Notes under the pieces: model-generated
The model's input: the letters and a program-made list of their open reading frames with translations, nothing else
Databases searched by the model: none
What the model was told of the DNA's origin: nothing
Shown here: positions 1-10,930 of the stretch, one piece after another
How the letters are laid out: each line of letters begins with the position of its first letter
How positions within the stretch are numbered: the first letter of the stretch is position 1
Program-made: the position numbers and the translations under genes
Origin: Macrostomum lignano
Taxonomy: Eukaryota
Reading direction: 5' to 3'
DNA length: 32,357 nt
Assembly (NCBI GenBank): GCA_002269645.1
Contig: NIVC01003338.1
Span: 1 to 32,357, forward strand

Positions 1-329
1 TCTATGCAATATCAAATACGAGGTGCTGGCGGAGCTGGGGCTTCTACCGACAAGGCGGTGGGAGTCGGCTTCCTGCCGTGCAACCCGGCTCGGCTGTGCA
101 AGTGCTGCCAGGCGCACGCCAGGTTCACCTCCGTCTGCCCGCGGATCCGCGTCCACGACCGTCAAGATCACCATCAGCCAGAGGATCGATTGCAACTCGG
201 TCAACGCTCGCGTCCTCTCTCTCTCTTTCTCTATCTCTATCTCTTCTCTCTATTTGGCCTGACGAAGAGCCCAGAGGCTCGAAACCGGTAGCCCATACTA
301 AATTAATTATTTTTTAAACACGCCGTGAC

Positions 330-412
330 CTCTCTTCTCTCTCTCCCTCTCTCTCCCTCTCTCTCTTTCTCTCTCTGCCCTCTGCCTCTCTCTCCCCCTC
401 TCCGCTTCTCTG

Positions 413-480
<68 letters not shown>

Positions 481-610
481 CCTCTCTCTTCAGTCCTTTT
501 TTCAACGTGTCAGCGTCCGAGATTGGAGGTGCCTTCCTGTCCCCCCCCCTCTCTCTCTCCCTCTCTCTCACTCTCTTTCTGTCTCACGCTCCCTCTCTCT
601 CTTTGTTTCT
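330..610. repeat. (CT)n microsatellite / pyrimidine tract
   Basis: Long CT dinucleotide run, pure at about 415-470; explains the RERERE and LSLSLS ORFs. Confidence 0.95.
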
Positions 611-855
611 CTCTCTTGTTAAAATTTATTATTTATTAAAATTCGAAATATCGGAGAAACATTAACTAAATTGACTTATCAGTCTTTTTTCAACGTGTCA
701 GCACCCAAGATTGGAGGTGCCCTCCCTCCTCTCTTCCCATTTCCCCCTCTCTCGGTCTCTCCCTCTCTCTCTGTTCGGGCACAACATTAAAAAATGCCTC
801 TTGTAGGTTTCCCCTTGTTAAGTTCCTCAGGTCATAAAAGAGAGCAAGCACTCAC

Positions 856-1079
856 TCCGCAGTAGGTGCAGTTGGTCGTTGTGGACACTTCGCTCATTTT
901 GAAAGTCTCGCTGCACAGCGTGCAGGTGTAGCAATTGATGGCCTCAGCGGTCAGCATGAAGGCTATGAGGAAGTTTGGTTGGTTAGTCGGTTTTATCGGA
1001 TTTCATCGCAGAATTCCCGGTGTCCCCCAGCTCTGTCTCTTACCCCCAGCAGCAGCAGGAGAACCAGTCCGAGTCGCAT
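856..1079 (-). pseudogene. Ly6/uPAR three-finger gene copy B, partial (exons 1-2 only; possible 1-nt frameshift)
   Basis: Exon 1 1079-1044 (MRLGLVLLLLLG, then GTAAG donor); exon 2 962-856 (107 nt, AFMLTAEAINCYTCTLCSETFKMSEVSTTTNCTYCG, AG/GT flanks), closely similar to exon 2 of copy C. Exon 1 ends in phase 0 (G5 run) whereas exon 2 needs phase 1. No exon 3 found between 1 and 855. Confidence 0.75.
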
Positions 1080-1439
1080 TGCGCTTGCGGATCTGTGTTT
1101 AGATTTGGCAGCTCTTCGGAAAGTCTTCAGGATTGTGAACTTTGTTAGAATAGCAGGAACCGGAGCGCCTCCTCGTATATACACGAGGTTTGGCTCTGGG
1201 CGTGGCTGTGGAACTGCGCGTGCAAGCAGCTAGTGTGTGAAATTGTCCGCTGAGAACTGTGGGTGAAGTCTGCGAAAAACTCAACTCGATGTGAATTCCC
1301 CGCGGTCCACTTTCCACGGTTGTACCATTTAATTGGCTTTTATGCACGGTTTCTGCATGGGCGTAGTCCATTCATTCTTTAATGTGTGGTTGCCAGCAAT
1401 ATGGGACCCCAGCAACCTAGAGCGACAGTAACGACAATC

Positions 1440-3380
1440 GCCAGAACCGAGGGGCGCGGTAATGAGCGCCAGAATTGAGGGGTGCCAGTAATGACCGCTA
1501 AATTCTTGGGGTGACATGGTAATGAGCGCTAGAATCGAAGGGGCGCCAGTAGTGAGCGCCAGAATTGAGGGGTGCCTGTAAAGACTTCACTTAGTTTACA
1601 TGGCAGAAAGATGCTTATGCGATAGCATGATAAAATCATTCATATATGTTTTTTTTGTCGAAATAGTTATTTTAACCGATCAATAATTTGGGGACTGTAA
1701 AATAGACATATTAGTCACGTGCACGTACGCACAAAAGAACAAGCGAAGGAGAGAGTTAAAGAGCACGATGGTAAAGTGTACGCAGTAACCCCAGCACCCC
1801 ACACAACACAAGCCAAGTCACTGCAGTGCCAGTAATAAGCGCCAGAATCTTGGGCGTCAGTATAGAGAGTTCTAGAATCTCGGGCCGCTAGTAATGAGCG
1901 CTTGAATCGGAAGGGGCGCCAGTAGTGAGTACTAGAATCTTGGGGCGCCAGTAATGAGTGCCAGAATCTTGGGGCGCCAGTAATGAGTGCCAATATCTTA
2001 GGGCGCCAGTAATGAGTGCCAGAATCTTAGGGCGCCAGTAATGAGTGCCAGAATCTTGGGGCGCCAGTAATGAGTGCCAGAATCTTAGGGCGCCAGTAAT
2101 GAGTGCCAGAATCTTGGGCGCCAGTAATGAGTGCCAGAATCTTAGGGCGCCAGTAATGAGTGCCAGAATCTTGGGGCGCCAGTAATGAGTGCCAGAATCT
2201 TGGGGCGCCAGTAATGAGTGCCAGAATCTTGGGGCGCCAGTAATGAGTGCCAGAATCTTGGGGCGCCAGTAATGAGTGCCAGAATCTTAGGACGCCAGTA
2301 ATGAGTGCCAGAATCTTGGGGCGCCAGTAATGAGTGCCAGAATCTTGGGGCGCCAGTAATGAGTGCCAGAATCTTAGGGCGCCAGTAATGAGTGCCAGAA
2401 TCTTAGGACGCCAGTAATGAGTGCCAGAATCTTGGGGCGCCAGTAATGAGTGCCAGAATCTTGGGGCGCCAGTAAAGAGTGCCAGAATCTTGGGGCGCCA
2501 GTAATGAGTGCCAGAATCTTGGGGCGCCAGTAATGAGTGCCAGAATCTTGGGGCGCCAGTAATGAGTGCCAGAATCTTGGGGCGCCAGTAATGAGTGCCA
2601 GAATCTTGGGGCGCCAGTAATGAGTGCCAGAATCTTGGGGCGCCAGTAAAGAGTACCAGAATCTTGGGGCGCCAGTAATGAGTGCCAGAATCTTGGGCGC
2701 CAGTAATGAGTGCCAATATCTTAGGGCGCCAGTAATGAGTGCCAGAATCTTAGGGCGCCAGTAATGAGTGCCAGAATCTTGGGGCGCCAGTAATGAGTGC
2801 CAGAATCTTGGGGCGCCAGTAATGAGTGCCAGAATCTTGGGGCGCCAGTAATGAGTGCCAGAATCTTGGGGCGCCAGTAATGAGTGCCAGAATCTTGGGG
2901 CGCCAGTAATGAGTGCCAGAATCTTGGGGCGCCAGTAATGAGTGCCAGAATCTTAGGGCGCCAGTAATGAGTGCCAGAATCTTGGGGCGCCAGTAATGAG
3001 TGCCAGAATCTTGGGGCGCCAGTAATGAGTACCAGAATCTTGGGGCGCCAGTAATGAGTGCCAGAATCTTGGGGCGCCAGTAATGAGTGCCAGAATCTTG
3101 GGGCGCCAGTAATGAGTGCCAGAATCTTAGGGCGCCAGTAATGAGTGCCAGAATCTTGGGGCGCCAGTAATGAGTGCCAGAATCTTGGGGCGCCAGTAAT
3201 GAGTGCCAGAATCTTGGGGCGCCAGTAATGAGTGCCAGAATCTTGGGGCGCCAGTAATGAGTGCCAGAATCTTGGGCGCCAGTAATGAGTGCCAGAATCT
3301 TGGGGCGCCAGTAAAGAGTGCCAGAATCTTGGGCGCCAGTAATGAGTGCCAGAATCTTGGGGCGCCAGTAGTGAGCGCCA
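1440..3380. repeat. 29-bp minisatellite (GGGGCGCCAGTAATGAGTGCCAGAATCTT)n
   Basis: Homogeneous from about 1940 to 3380, with degenerate units at 1440-1580 and 1825-1940; 29-aa periodicity in the minus-strand ORFs. Confidence 0.97.
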
Positions 3381-3412
3381 TAATTGCACCAAGGAGAAAT
3401 TGTGTGCATATT

Positions 3413-3760
3413 TGTATAACATTTCGTAAAACAGTTCCCCTCCTAAATCCAGACCTCTGAGTCTGCTCTGAGGCTAACACCGTCCTCCCAGCCGACCCAC
3501 TGAGCCCGGTAGGATCTGCTGACTATTAATTAGTCTACATGTAAAATCGCAAATCTGCCTGAAGTGCTGTGTTCTCTCTTCTTTGTTATTTCTTTCCGAC
3601 GGGATCCTCACCTCACCGAAGGCTGAGACCCGAAGTGACTGGTGACAGCACTACCAACGCTACTGAGAAGGCTTCCGATTGCAGAAGACGGAGAGCCTAC
3701 AACACTGTGCTAGCGCAGCCAGAGAAGCACAGGTACAATATTTGGTGCCAGCGGTGGGAT
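3413..3760 (+). mobile_element. LTR-retrotransposon remnant: probable LTR followed by a tRNA-Leu-type primer binding site
   Basis: TGGTGCCAGCGGTGGGAT at 3743-3760 differs by one base from TGGTGGCAGCGGTGGGAT, the complement of a tRNA-Leu 3' end; preceded by ...GTACA at about 3737. LTR start (TGT at 3413) is a guess. No gag ORF follows. Confidence 0.5.
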
Positions 3761-4306
3761 ACTGAAGGCCTAACAAACCACCCAAGCGCAAATCAAATAC
3801 AACAAAAGAGAAAATAGCCGTGTTCTGATAGGCTTAAATTAGTGTATAAATGGGGCGAAACCATCCTTTAACGCGATAATGTACGCGACCTTACTATTAG
3901 TAGCTAAGTATGTATAAAAAGTCATATTTTTGTCATCAGGCCCGATTTTTATATCATTATCATTCATTGTTATAATAAAATCTTAATTGATTTGCCTCTG
4001 AGATGGAAAAATTGAATTTCCCAACAAGACGTTGACGAGTTTATTTGATAAAATTAAAAAGGTGCTTTATATATTTGTTTTATAGTTCCCAAAAGATGTT
4101 TTAATATTTGGGAATAATATAATTTATCGTTATGGATCAAATATAGTCTCAATACAATAACAATTATTGTTATGTGTTATACAAAGTACATTGATACTCG
4201 AAATCTTATTATAGCCACTAAATACTACAGCAAGTGTCTCTTGTGTTATTATCAGGCGTAGTCAGTTATCATAATAAGTCCCTTTGAGGTCGAGTTGGCA
4301 GCCCAA

Positions 4307-4819
4307 TTACTGCCTGCAGCTGATGGCGGCCAGGGCGGCGGCTGGCAGCAGCAGCAGCAGCCAGGAGAGGCCGCGCAGGCGCTCACCGGAGTTGCACTTG
4401 TCTCCTTGGCAGCAGTGCAGACCGTTGCCATCAGAGTCCGTGGCCTGGGTGCAGATGCTGAGGCACGTGCGGCTGACGATGCTCAATGCCTTGCTTTTCT
4501 GCAATTGGAGTTCAGCGTCACGAGTTCGTCCTGCATCAGTGTGCTTGTTGCAAACTGCTATTGATAGAACCATGGCGATGACTCACCCCGCAGTAGGTGC
4601 AGCCGGTAGCCACGGACACTTCGCTTCTATCGAAAGTCTCGCTGCACAGTGTGCAGGTGTAGCACTGGATGGCCTCAGCGGTCAGCATGGAGGCTGCGGG
4701 ATTTCAACCGGGAAAGGGTGGAGTTTAAAATGATTATAGAATACTGCTATCAAAAAAGATGGCTATTAGGCTACAAGGCATTTACCTCCGAGCACAAGCA
4801 GTAGCAGGGCGACGCGCAT
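4307..4819 (-). CDS. Ly6/uPAR (LU, three-finger) GPI-anchored protein, copy C, 110 aa, 3 exons
   Basis: Exons 4819-4786, 4693-4587, 4498-4307 with GT-AG introns splice in frame: MRVALLLLVLGASMLTAEAIQCYTCTLCSETFDRSEVSVATGCTYCGKSKALSIVSRTCLSICTQATDSDGNGLHCCQGDKCNSGERLRGLSWLLLLLPAAALAAISCRQ. Signal peptide, 10 Cys ending CCxxxxCN, hydrophobic C-terminal tail. Confidence 0.9.
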
Positions 4820-5227
4820 TCTGTGGCAGGTGCAACAGCGAACGGCAAAATATGGCTATGGAATTGAAGGCTGTTTGGTCAGAAGCTCGGCTTGGCTGGG
4901 TGCCGTTGCCGCTCAGCTCGGGTAATTATACACCGCCAGCGGTTGCTATGGAGCCTCATGGGGTTGGTTGCACGATTCAAGCATCCATGCTTCTAAGTGT
5001 GTGCAGAGGCGGGTGATGGCTCCAGTTTTCTGTTACGCAGTTCTGTAATTGTCCTATTGGACTGGCATTCTATTTTTAAAAAGAATTTGACGCAGTTGCA
5101 ATTGCAAATAAACTCAGAATCTGTGGGACTACAGTATAACAAACCCATAGCAGGCGCCTCATCTAGCAAAAATACAGAAGTGATAGCTAAGGTTTCGGGC
5201 TCGCCTTGACAGGCGGTGTTCCATTTG

Positions 5228-5813
5228 AGGTCGCCTATTGTGTGCACTCATGAGGAAAGCTGTAGAAACAGAAACGAATCTCTCTAGCCCCAAACGAAAG
5301 GCCCCCAAAACTCTCAGGCATGGATAGGTGCGCACATGAATTTGAAAAGACAATTATAATTTCCAGGGCCACTGCTCCTGATAATTTTGAGGCTGAAACC
5401 ACAGCACACCGAGTGTCTATTTAGCAGGGGGGTTTTCTGAAGTGGGGCTTCAACTACCCCCAGGGGGTCGACAGCACTGGTTTGGGGCTGCTCGGCTGCT
5501 CAAAGGGGGGTTGGTGACAGTTGGATTCGGAAAGATTTATAGCATTTTTTATAAATATTTTTGTTGAAAACTTGCATAGCAACCGTGCGCGCGACCTGCC
5601 TATGCTTTTACTAATATTGAGTGGCAAGCATTTGGCGTGTTGCTAGACCCAGCCTATATGCGCGCGGGCCATGCAAAATGAGAAGGGGCGGGTGCAGCAA
5701 ACTTGAAATGTTATTCGGGAGCATCTCAGTTTAAACGTAAACTGTTCTCGCCGCTCGTATCCAGTTTGTTTAACACGCAACCGTGACGAGTGGGAAATTT
5801 TGCAGCTCCAGAT
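5228..5813 (+). repeat. Unclassified dispersed repeat, copy 1
   Basis: Colinear block-wise match to 14607-15150, from AGGTCGCCTATTGTGTGCA to TTTTGCAGCTCCAGAT. Confidence 0.85.
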
Positions 5814-5887
5814 TTAGGTTTACAATTTATTTCTGTTTCACTTTGACTTTACTGAGGAGCCTGTTAAAGTTCTTGATGAACTTTTAA

Positions 5888-7497
5888 AGAGGGGAAAGCG
5901 GAGAGAGAGAGGGGAAAGCGAGGAGAGACAGAGAGGGGAAAGCGGAGAGAGACAGAGGGGAAAGCGGAGTGATACAGAGAGGGGAAAGCGGGGCAGAGAC
6001 AGAGGGGAAAGCGGGGAAAGACAGTGAGGGAGAGAGGGAAAGCGGGGAGAGACAGAGAGGGGAAAGCGGGGAGAGACAGAGGGGAAAGCGGGGAGAGACA
6101 GAGGGGAAAGCGGGGAAAGACAAAGAGGGGAGAGAGGGGAAAGCAGAGTGAGACAGAGGGGAAAGCGGGAAGAGACAGAGAGGGGAAAGCGGGGAGAGAC
6201 AGAGAGGGGAAAGCGGGGAGAGACAGTGGGGAAAGCAGGGAAAGACAGTGAGGGAGAGAGGGGAAAGCGGGGAGAGACAGAGAGGGGAAAGCGAGGAGAG
6301 ACAGAGAGGGAAAGCGGGGAGAGACAGAGAGGGGAAAGCGGAGAGAGACAGAGAGGGGAAAGCGGGGAGAGATAGGGGAAAGCAGGGAAAGACAGTGAGG
6401 AGAGAGGGAAAGCGGGGAGAGACAGAGAGGGAAAGAGAGAGAGGGGAAAGCGGGGAAGACAGAGAGAGAGGGGAAAGCGGGAGAGACAGAGGGGAAAGCG
6501 GGGAGACAGAGAGGGGAAAGCGGGGGAGACAGAGGGGAAAGCGGGAAGAGACAGAGAGGGGAAAGCGGGAAGAGACAGAGAGGGGAAAGCGGGAAGAGAC
6601 AGAGAGGGGAAAGCGGGAAGAGACAGAGAGGGGAAAGCGGGGAAAGACAGAGAGGGGAAAGCGAGAAGAGACAGAGGGGAAAGCGGAGAGAGACAGAGAG
6701 GGAAAGGGGAAAGCGGGGAGAAGAGCGGGGAAAGCGGGGAGAGAGGGGAAAGCGGGGAGAGACAGAGAGGGGAAAGCGGGGAGAGACAGTGGGGAAAGCG
6801 GGGAAAGACAGAGAGGGGAAAGTGGGGAGAGACAGAGAGGGGAAAGCGGGGAAAGACAGAGAGGGGAAAGTGGGGAGAGACAGAGAGGGGAAAGCGGGGA
6901 GAGACAGAGAGGGAGAGAGGGGAAAGCGGGGAGAGACAGAGGGGAAAGCGGGGAAAGACAGAGAGGGAGAGAGGGGAAAGCGGGGAGAGACAGAGAGGGG
7001 AGAGAGGGGAAAGCGGGGAGAGACAGAGGGGAAAGCGGGGAAAGACAGAGAGGGGAAAGTGGGGAGAGACAGAGAGGGGAAAGCGGGGAGAGACAGAGGG
7101 GAAAGCGGGGAAAGACAAAGAGGGGAGAGAGGGGAAAGCGGGGAGAGACAGAGGGGAAAGCGGGGAAAGACAGAGAGGGGAAAGTGAGGAGAGACAGAGA
7201 GGGGAAAGCGGGGAGAGACAGTGGGGAAAGCAGGGAAAGACAGTGAGGGAGAGAGGGGAAAGCGGGGAGAGACAGAGAGGGGAAAGCGGGGAGAGACAGT
7301 GGGGAAAGCAGGGAAAGACAGTGAGGGAGAGAGGGGAAAGCGGGGAGAGACAGAGAGGGGAGAGAGGGGAAAGCGGGGAGAGACAGAGGGGAAAGCAGAA
7401 TGAGACAGAGGGGAAAGCGGGAAAAGACAGAGAGGGGAAAGCGGGGAAAGACAGAGAGGGGAAAGCGGGAAGAGACAGAGAGAGGAAAGCGGGAGGG
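5888..7497. repeat. Purine-rich degenerate minisatellite (~22-26 bp, GGGGAAAGCGGGGAGAGACAGAGA)
   Basis: Almost pure G/A strand with a recurring GAAAGCGGG core; source of the 588 and 650 aa low-complexity ORFs. Confidence 0.95.
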
Positions 7498-8010
7498 ACA
7501 GAACGGCTGACCTCCGGGTCCTGTAGAGATGCTTGGGCCAGTTCGCTTGGGCTCACGATCTGCAGCGCCCACATTAACAGGACGGCGTTCACCTGGAGCT
7601 CCACTGGGTCCTCCTCGCTGCTGTCGTTGTAGTAGAGTTTTGTGACTCAATGATGCTCTACAAGCAATTTTCTTCCCGGCTGGCTGCCCTCGCTGCCGAA
7701 AACTGTGGCGCTCAGCGTCGCCACGTTGGTCTTGCCACCAAACTGCTCCTTCAGCAGCTTCACGGTCCCGTCGAATCCCGGCGGGGTCTGTTCCCGACTC
7801 GAATTCTGTGGCATGGCGCGATGCCTGCATCGCCAAGAGGATCCGCTATCCTTCAGCACCTCTTTCTCGTGTCTTGTCGCCGCCACAAAGGTACATGTTG
7901 TTGCCAAATTGGCTCTTCCAGTCATTCCACGACCTCGTTGGCGGTCCCTGTTGTGGCAGGAATTGCTCTGGTGGCGAGATGTTGATCCGTGGCACCAACA
8001 ATGTGCCAGA
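7498..8010 (-). mobile_element. Degenerate, internally deleted Ty3/gypsy remnant (gag N-terminus joined to RNaseH-integrase linker)
   Basis: Pieces in different frames: PPEQFLPQQGPPTRSWNDWKSQF, GAEG*RI, FDGTVKLLKEQFGGKTNV, ERHSFRQRGQ (gag-like), then ELQVNAVLLMWALQIVSPSELAQASLQDPEV (pol linker-like). Recognised by motif memory; contains a stop and frameshifts. Confidence 0.55.
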
Positions 8011-8486
8011 AGCTATTCTATGCACTGTGTACTTTTTTGGCGCATATTTAATTTGCAGTGGCGGCCTTCCCGGCTGGGCTGGCAACTCATATTCACTTAA
8101 AACTCAAAACCCCCACGCCTCCCCTGAAGAGTGAGTTTGGTCAATGAAATATAGCCTGAAAAATACTGATTTCCCATGAATCTTTGACCTAACAGAAGTC
8201 CAAAAAAGCAATCGTTGAAATCCTATCGCATTGTCTGTATAGCGTACAGGTGTGTTAATTAGTACAGTGATTTTTTGTACCAGGTGGGTACTAAAAGAAG
8301 GACTTGAAGCTTAGGGAGGAACATGGCGACTATCCTGCACCTATGAAAAGACTAAAACTAGATAGGATTTATATTTCTCTTCTTTCTCAGTCACTTTTGG
8401 TTTATAAGTGCTCTTTCACCTGCCCATACCTGGCTAAAATCGCTGTACACCTGGAAATTGTGTTTCTGCTCACAATATTGTGCTGA

Positions 8487-10547
8487 ATAAATATCTGCAA
8501 TTGTTGCAGAATCAAGCTGATGTCGCAAAACAGCCCTGCACCAACACCTCTGCCACCAAGAATGCCCTACGAGCAAGTTATTGCAGATCTGCGCTATCTT
8601 CCGCCACTCACTCGCGAACGCCCCGAGTGCAACTGCTGGGTGTGCCATGTGGGATCCAGCAGGGCCAACAAGAATGTGGCAGTGTATCACCCCTTTATGC
8701 CAGATGAGTCTACAGCAGGAATCAGGACGCCACTTGGTCGCCCTCCAAATAATGCAACTGGGCCGATGGGAAACAGTGTTGTCAACCGCTGTGAGACGTG
8801 CTCATCGCCAGTGGCGCGTGGATTGAGGCACGAGTGTGGACAGGCGGCAAAGCTGCGCTATCTTGATGCCCTAAGCCCAAACTCAAGGGAGCACGTAGCC
8901 TGCGGTCTTCTGCGTGAGAAGCTGGGTGCAGCCACCTCTTCTGGCTCCTTAGCAACTGCAAGCTTGACTTCTGGCACAGGTGGACGCCCACTCCAAGTTC
9001 AAGTGGCTGGTACATCAACTACTGAGATTGCATCGCTGCAACATAGCACAATGCGGGCCATGAAGACTGCACTGAACCTCAGCACCAGCCAGACGCTACG
9101 TGCGGCTCAGGTGATCAGAGAAACGTACAATGGCGTGAGAAAAGGTTGCGCAAGAGAGGGGATGAGTCACTGCCACTGTCTCTTGGTGGGCGCCACTGTC
9201 TCTTGGTGGGCGCCACAGGAGTGAAAAAGATCCTCATCCTGCAGCCCTTGTTGAGGATGTCAGAGAATGCTACCAGAACGTTAGTGTACTAATGTCAACC
9301 ATCGACATTACCTTCATCAACTTCACGTTAGCCTGCGATTTTAAACTCGCCAACATTATTAGCGGGATCCAGAGCCACTCTTCATCGCATCCCCTGCCTG
9401 CACTGTGAGGGCAGGCCGCCATGGGAATGCCAGCACAAAGGCGGACGCTCGGCTCAATTCAACGCCTTGCAGGTGAGTTTCAGGCAGCTGGTGGACACCA
9501 GCCTCTAGCCAAAAAAACTTTGCCAACTGCGTCCAGCCCCCACTGCTACCTGGGAGCGACTCTGCTGAACTGCTAGACCTGGTACCACCGCCAGAGTTGC
9601 ACATGATGCTTGGCATTGTAAACCGGCTGCTTGATGCTCTCAATGCAAGCTGGGGAGGCAATTGGCCTACGAGTGGGCCTATGAAGCAGGCATCTGCCGG
9701 CAGCAGTACCACGGAGGTTGCCTGGAGGGCCCAGCATGCAAGAAGCTCCTCCTGAAGGCGGGTGAGCTGTGGAGCGTGCTGCCTGCACACCTGAAGCTTT
9801 ACGCAACTGCACTTCATGACTTCAATGCTGTGCGCGAAGCTTGCTTTGGCCAAAGTCTGGCAGCTGACTTTAGTCTCCACATTGCTCGCTTCCAGACAAC
9901 ATGCAGGTACATCGAGCTTCCAGTGACGCCAAAGATGCACGCGCTTTCTGACCATGTGCCAGCATTCTGCAGTAAGTTTGGCAAGGGGCTTGGCAGCTTC
10001 AGTGAACAGCCTGTTGAATCAGCCCACAGTGACTTCGAAGCCACCTGGCAGCGCTATAAGCGCCCCCTTAATCATCCTCAATATAGCACGTGCCTACTGC
10101 AAGCTATTGTCAACTACAATTCATTTCATATCTGAGCCAACTGTGCCTTAATTTGTAACTTGCAACTTGCAAGTCACTACTACCCAAGATAACAACGAGT
10201 AAACTGTAGACAACTCACTGTCATAATTAAATTACCTGTTAAATATGATATTTCACCAGTTGATGGGTTTTGTTAGTATTTTACTAGTTTTAACAAATAT
10301 TCTAGTTATTTGACTCTAGTTATTCTACCTGTGTACTTCATTTGCAGCAAACAGTCCCAGTGAGCTCTGTTCATTTTTTGTCTTTTGCGATAACTAACTC
10401 CCTTCTGTAATAGTTACTGGCTTGGTTTTGATTTTCAGTGCCAGCCAATTGCTGCACTGCTCCAAAAACTTAAATAAATTGAAAAATTTTAAACCATTAC
10501 AAGGAAAACCTAGCTTGCGGGGCCCAGATTGCGACGCCAATGCTGTG
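8487..10547 (+). mobile_element. Chapaev-like DDE DNA transposon (transposase with frameshifts and internal deletion); right terminus at 10547
   Basis: Frame-joined protein: ICNCCRIKL...ECNCWVC...CETC..RGLRHEC (Cys/His-rich N-terminus), ATGVKKIL..ECYQNV, LACDFKLANIISGIQSHSSSHPCLHC, RTLGSI, PPPELHMMLGIVN, YHGGCLEGPACKKLL, TPKMHALSDHV, GLGSFSEQPVESAHS; stop at 10135. Right end reads CACAGCATTGGCGTCGC on the minus strand. Left TIR not found. Confidence 0.75.
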
Positions 10548-10720
10548 TTGAGACAGTCAGACTGACTGATTTGGGGTACATACGAACTTTAGCTTAAGTT
10601 GGCCTTAAGTTGTATTGTATATTTATACCCCAGCCAAATATGTTTGCAAACAGATGTTCTTGAAACATTTCTGTATTTATGTATGAGTACATCTACACAG
10701 CGGGCGGGAAAAGAAAGAAC

Positions 10721-10820
10721 GCCAGCACTAAGGGGCGCCAGCACTAAGGGGCGCCAGCACCAAGGGGCGCCAGCACCAAGGGGCGCCAGCACCAAGGTGC
10801 GCCAGCACCAAGGGGCGCCA
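10721..10820. repeat. 16-bp tandem repeat (GCCAGCACYAAGGGGC) x6
   Basis: Six consecutive units read directly; followed by a C-rich tract ending GGCTATGCCTCTG (10885) that resembles a MITE terminus. Confidence 0.9.
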
Positions 10821-10930
10821 CAATTGTTGCCAGCCAATTGTAAGGCCGCGGTCCCCCTCGCCCCCCCCATTTGGCTATGCCTCTGGTGCATGCATAGGTA
10901 CGAGCGTAACTCAAATTAAGAACGGGGCTT

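Noticed and set aside
490-725. Duplicated ~45-bp motif (491-537 and 680-725) among CT tracts
   Set aside because: A simple local duplication within low-complexity DNA; no functional signal.
2027-3480. Long minus-strand ORFs with a 29-aa period
   Set aside because: Three-frame readthrough of the 29-bp repeat; present in all frames.
4499-4586. Stop-free intron 2 of Ly6 copy C (ORF 4307-4573 starts inside it) as a retained-intron isoform
   Set aside because: The intron is 88 nt, so retention shifts the frame; the internal ATG gives no signal peptide.
5838-7836. 588-aa and 650-aa ORFs and many overlapping R/G/E-rich ORFs
   Set aside because: They are translations of the GA-rich minisatellite; stop-free by composition, with no domain content apart from the short gypsy-derived 5' part.
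10530-10545. CATTGGCGTCGCAA shared between the transposon end (minus strand) and the gypsy PBS region (29068-29081)
   Set aside because: A 14-nt match between unrelated element classes; no further homology, treated as coincidence.
10500-10547. Full RSS (heptamer-spacer-nonamer) at the transposon end
   Set aside because: Only a heptamer-like CACAGCA is present; the 9-mers at 12 and 23 nt spacing (TCTGGGCCC, CAAGCTAGG) do not resemble ACAAAAACC.
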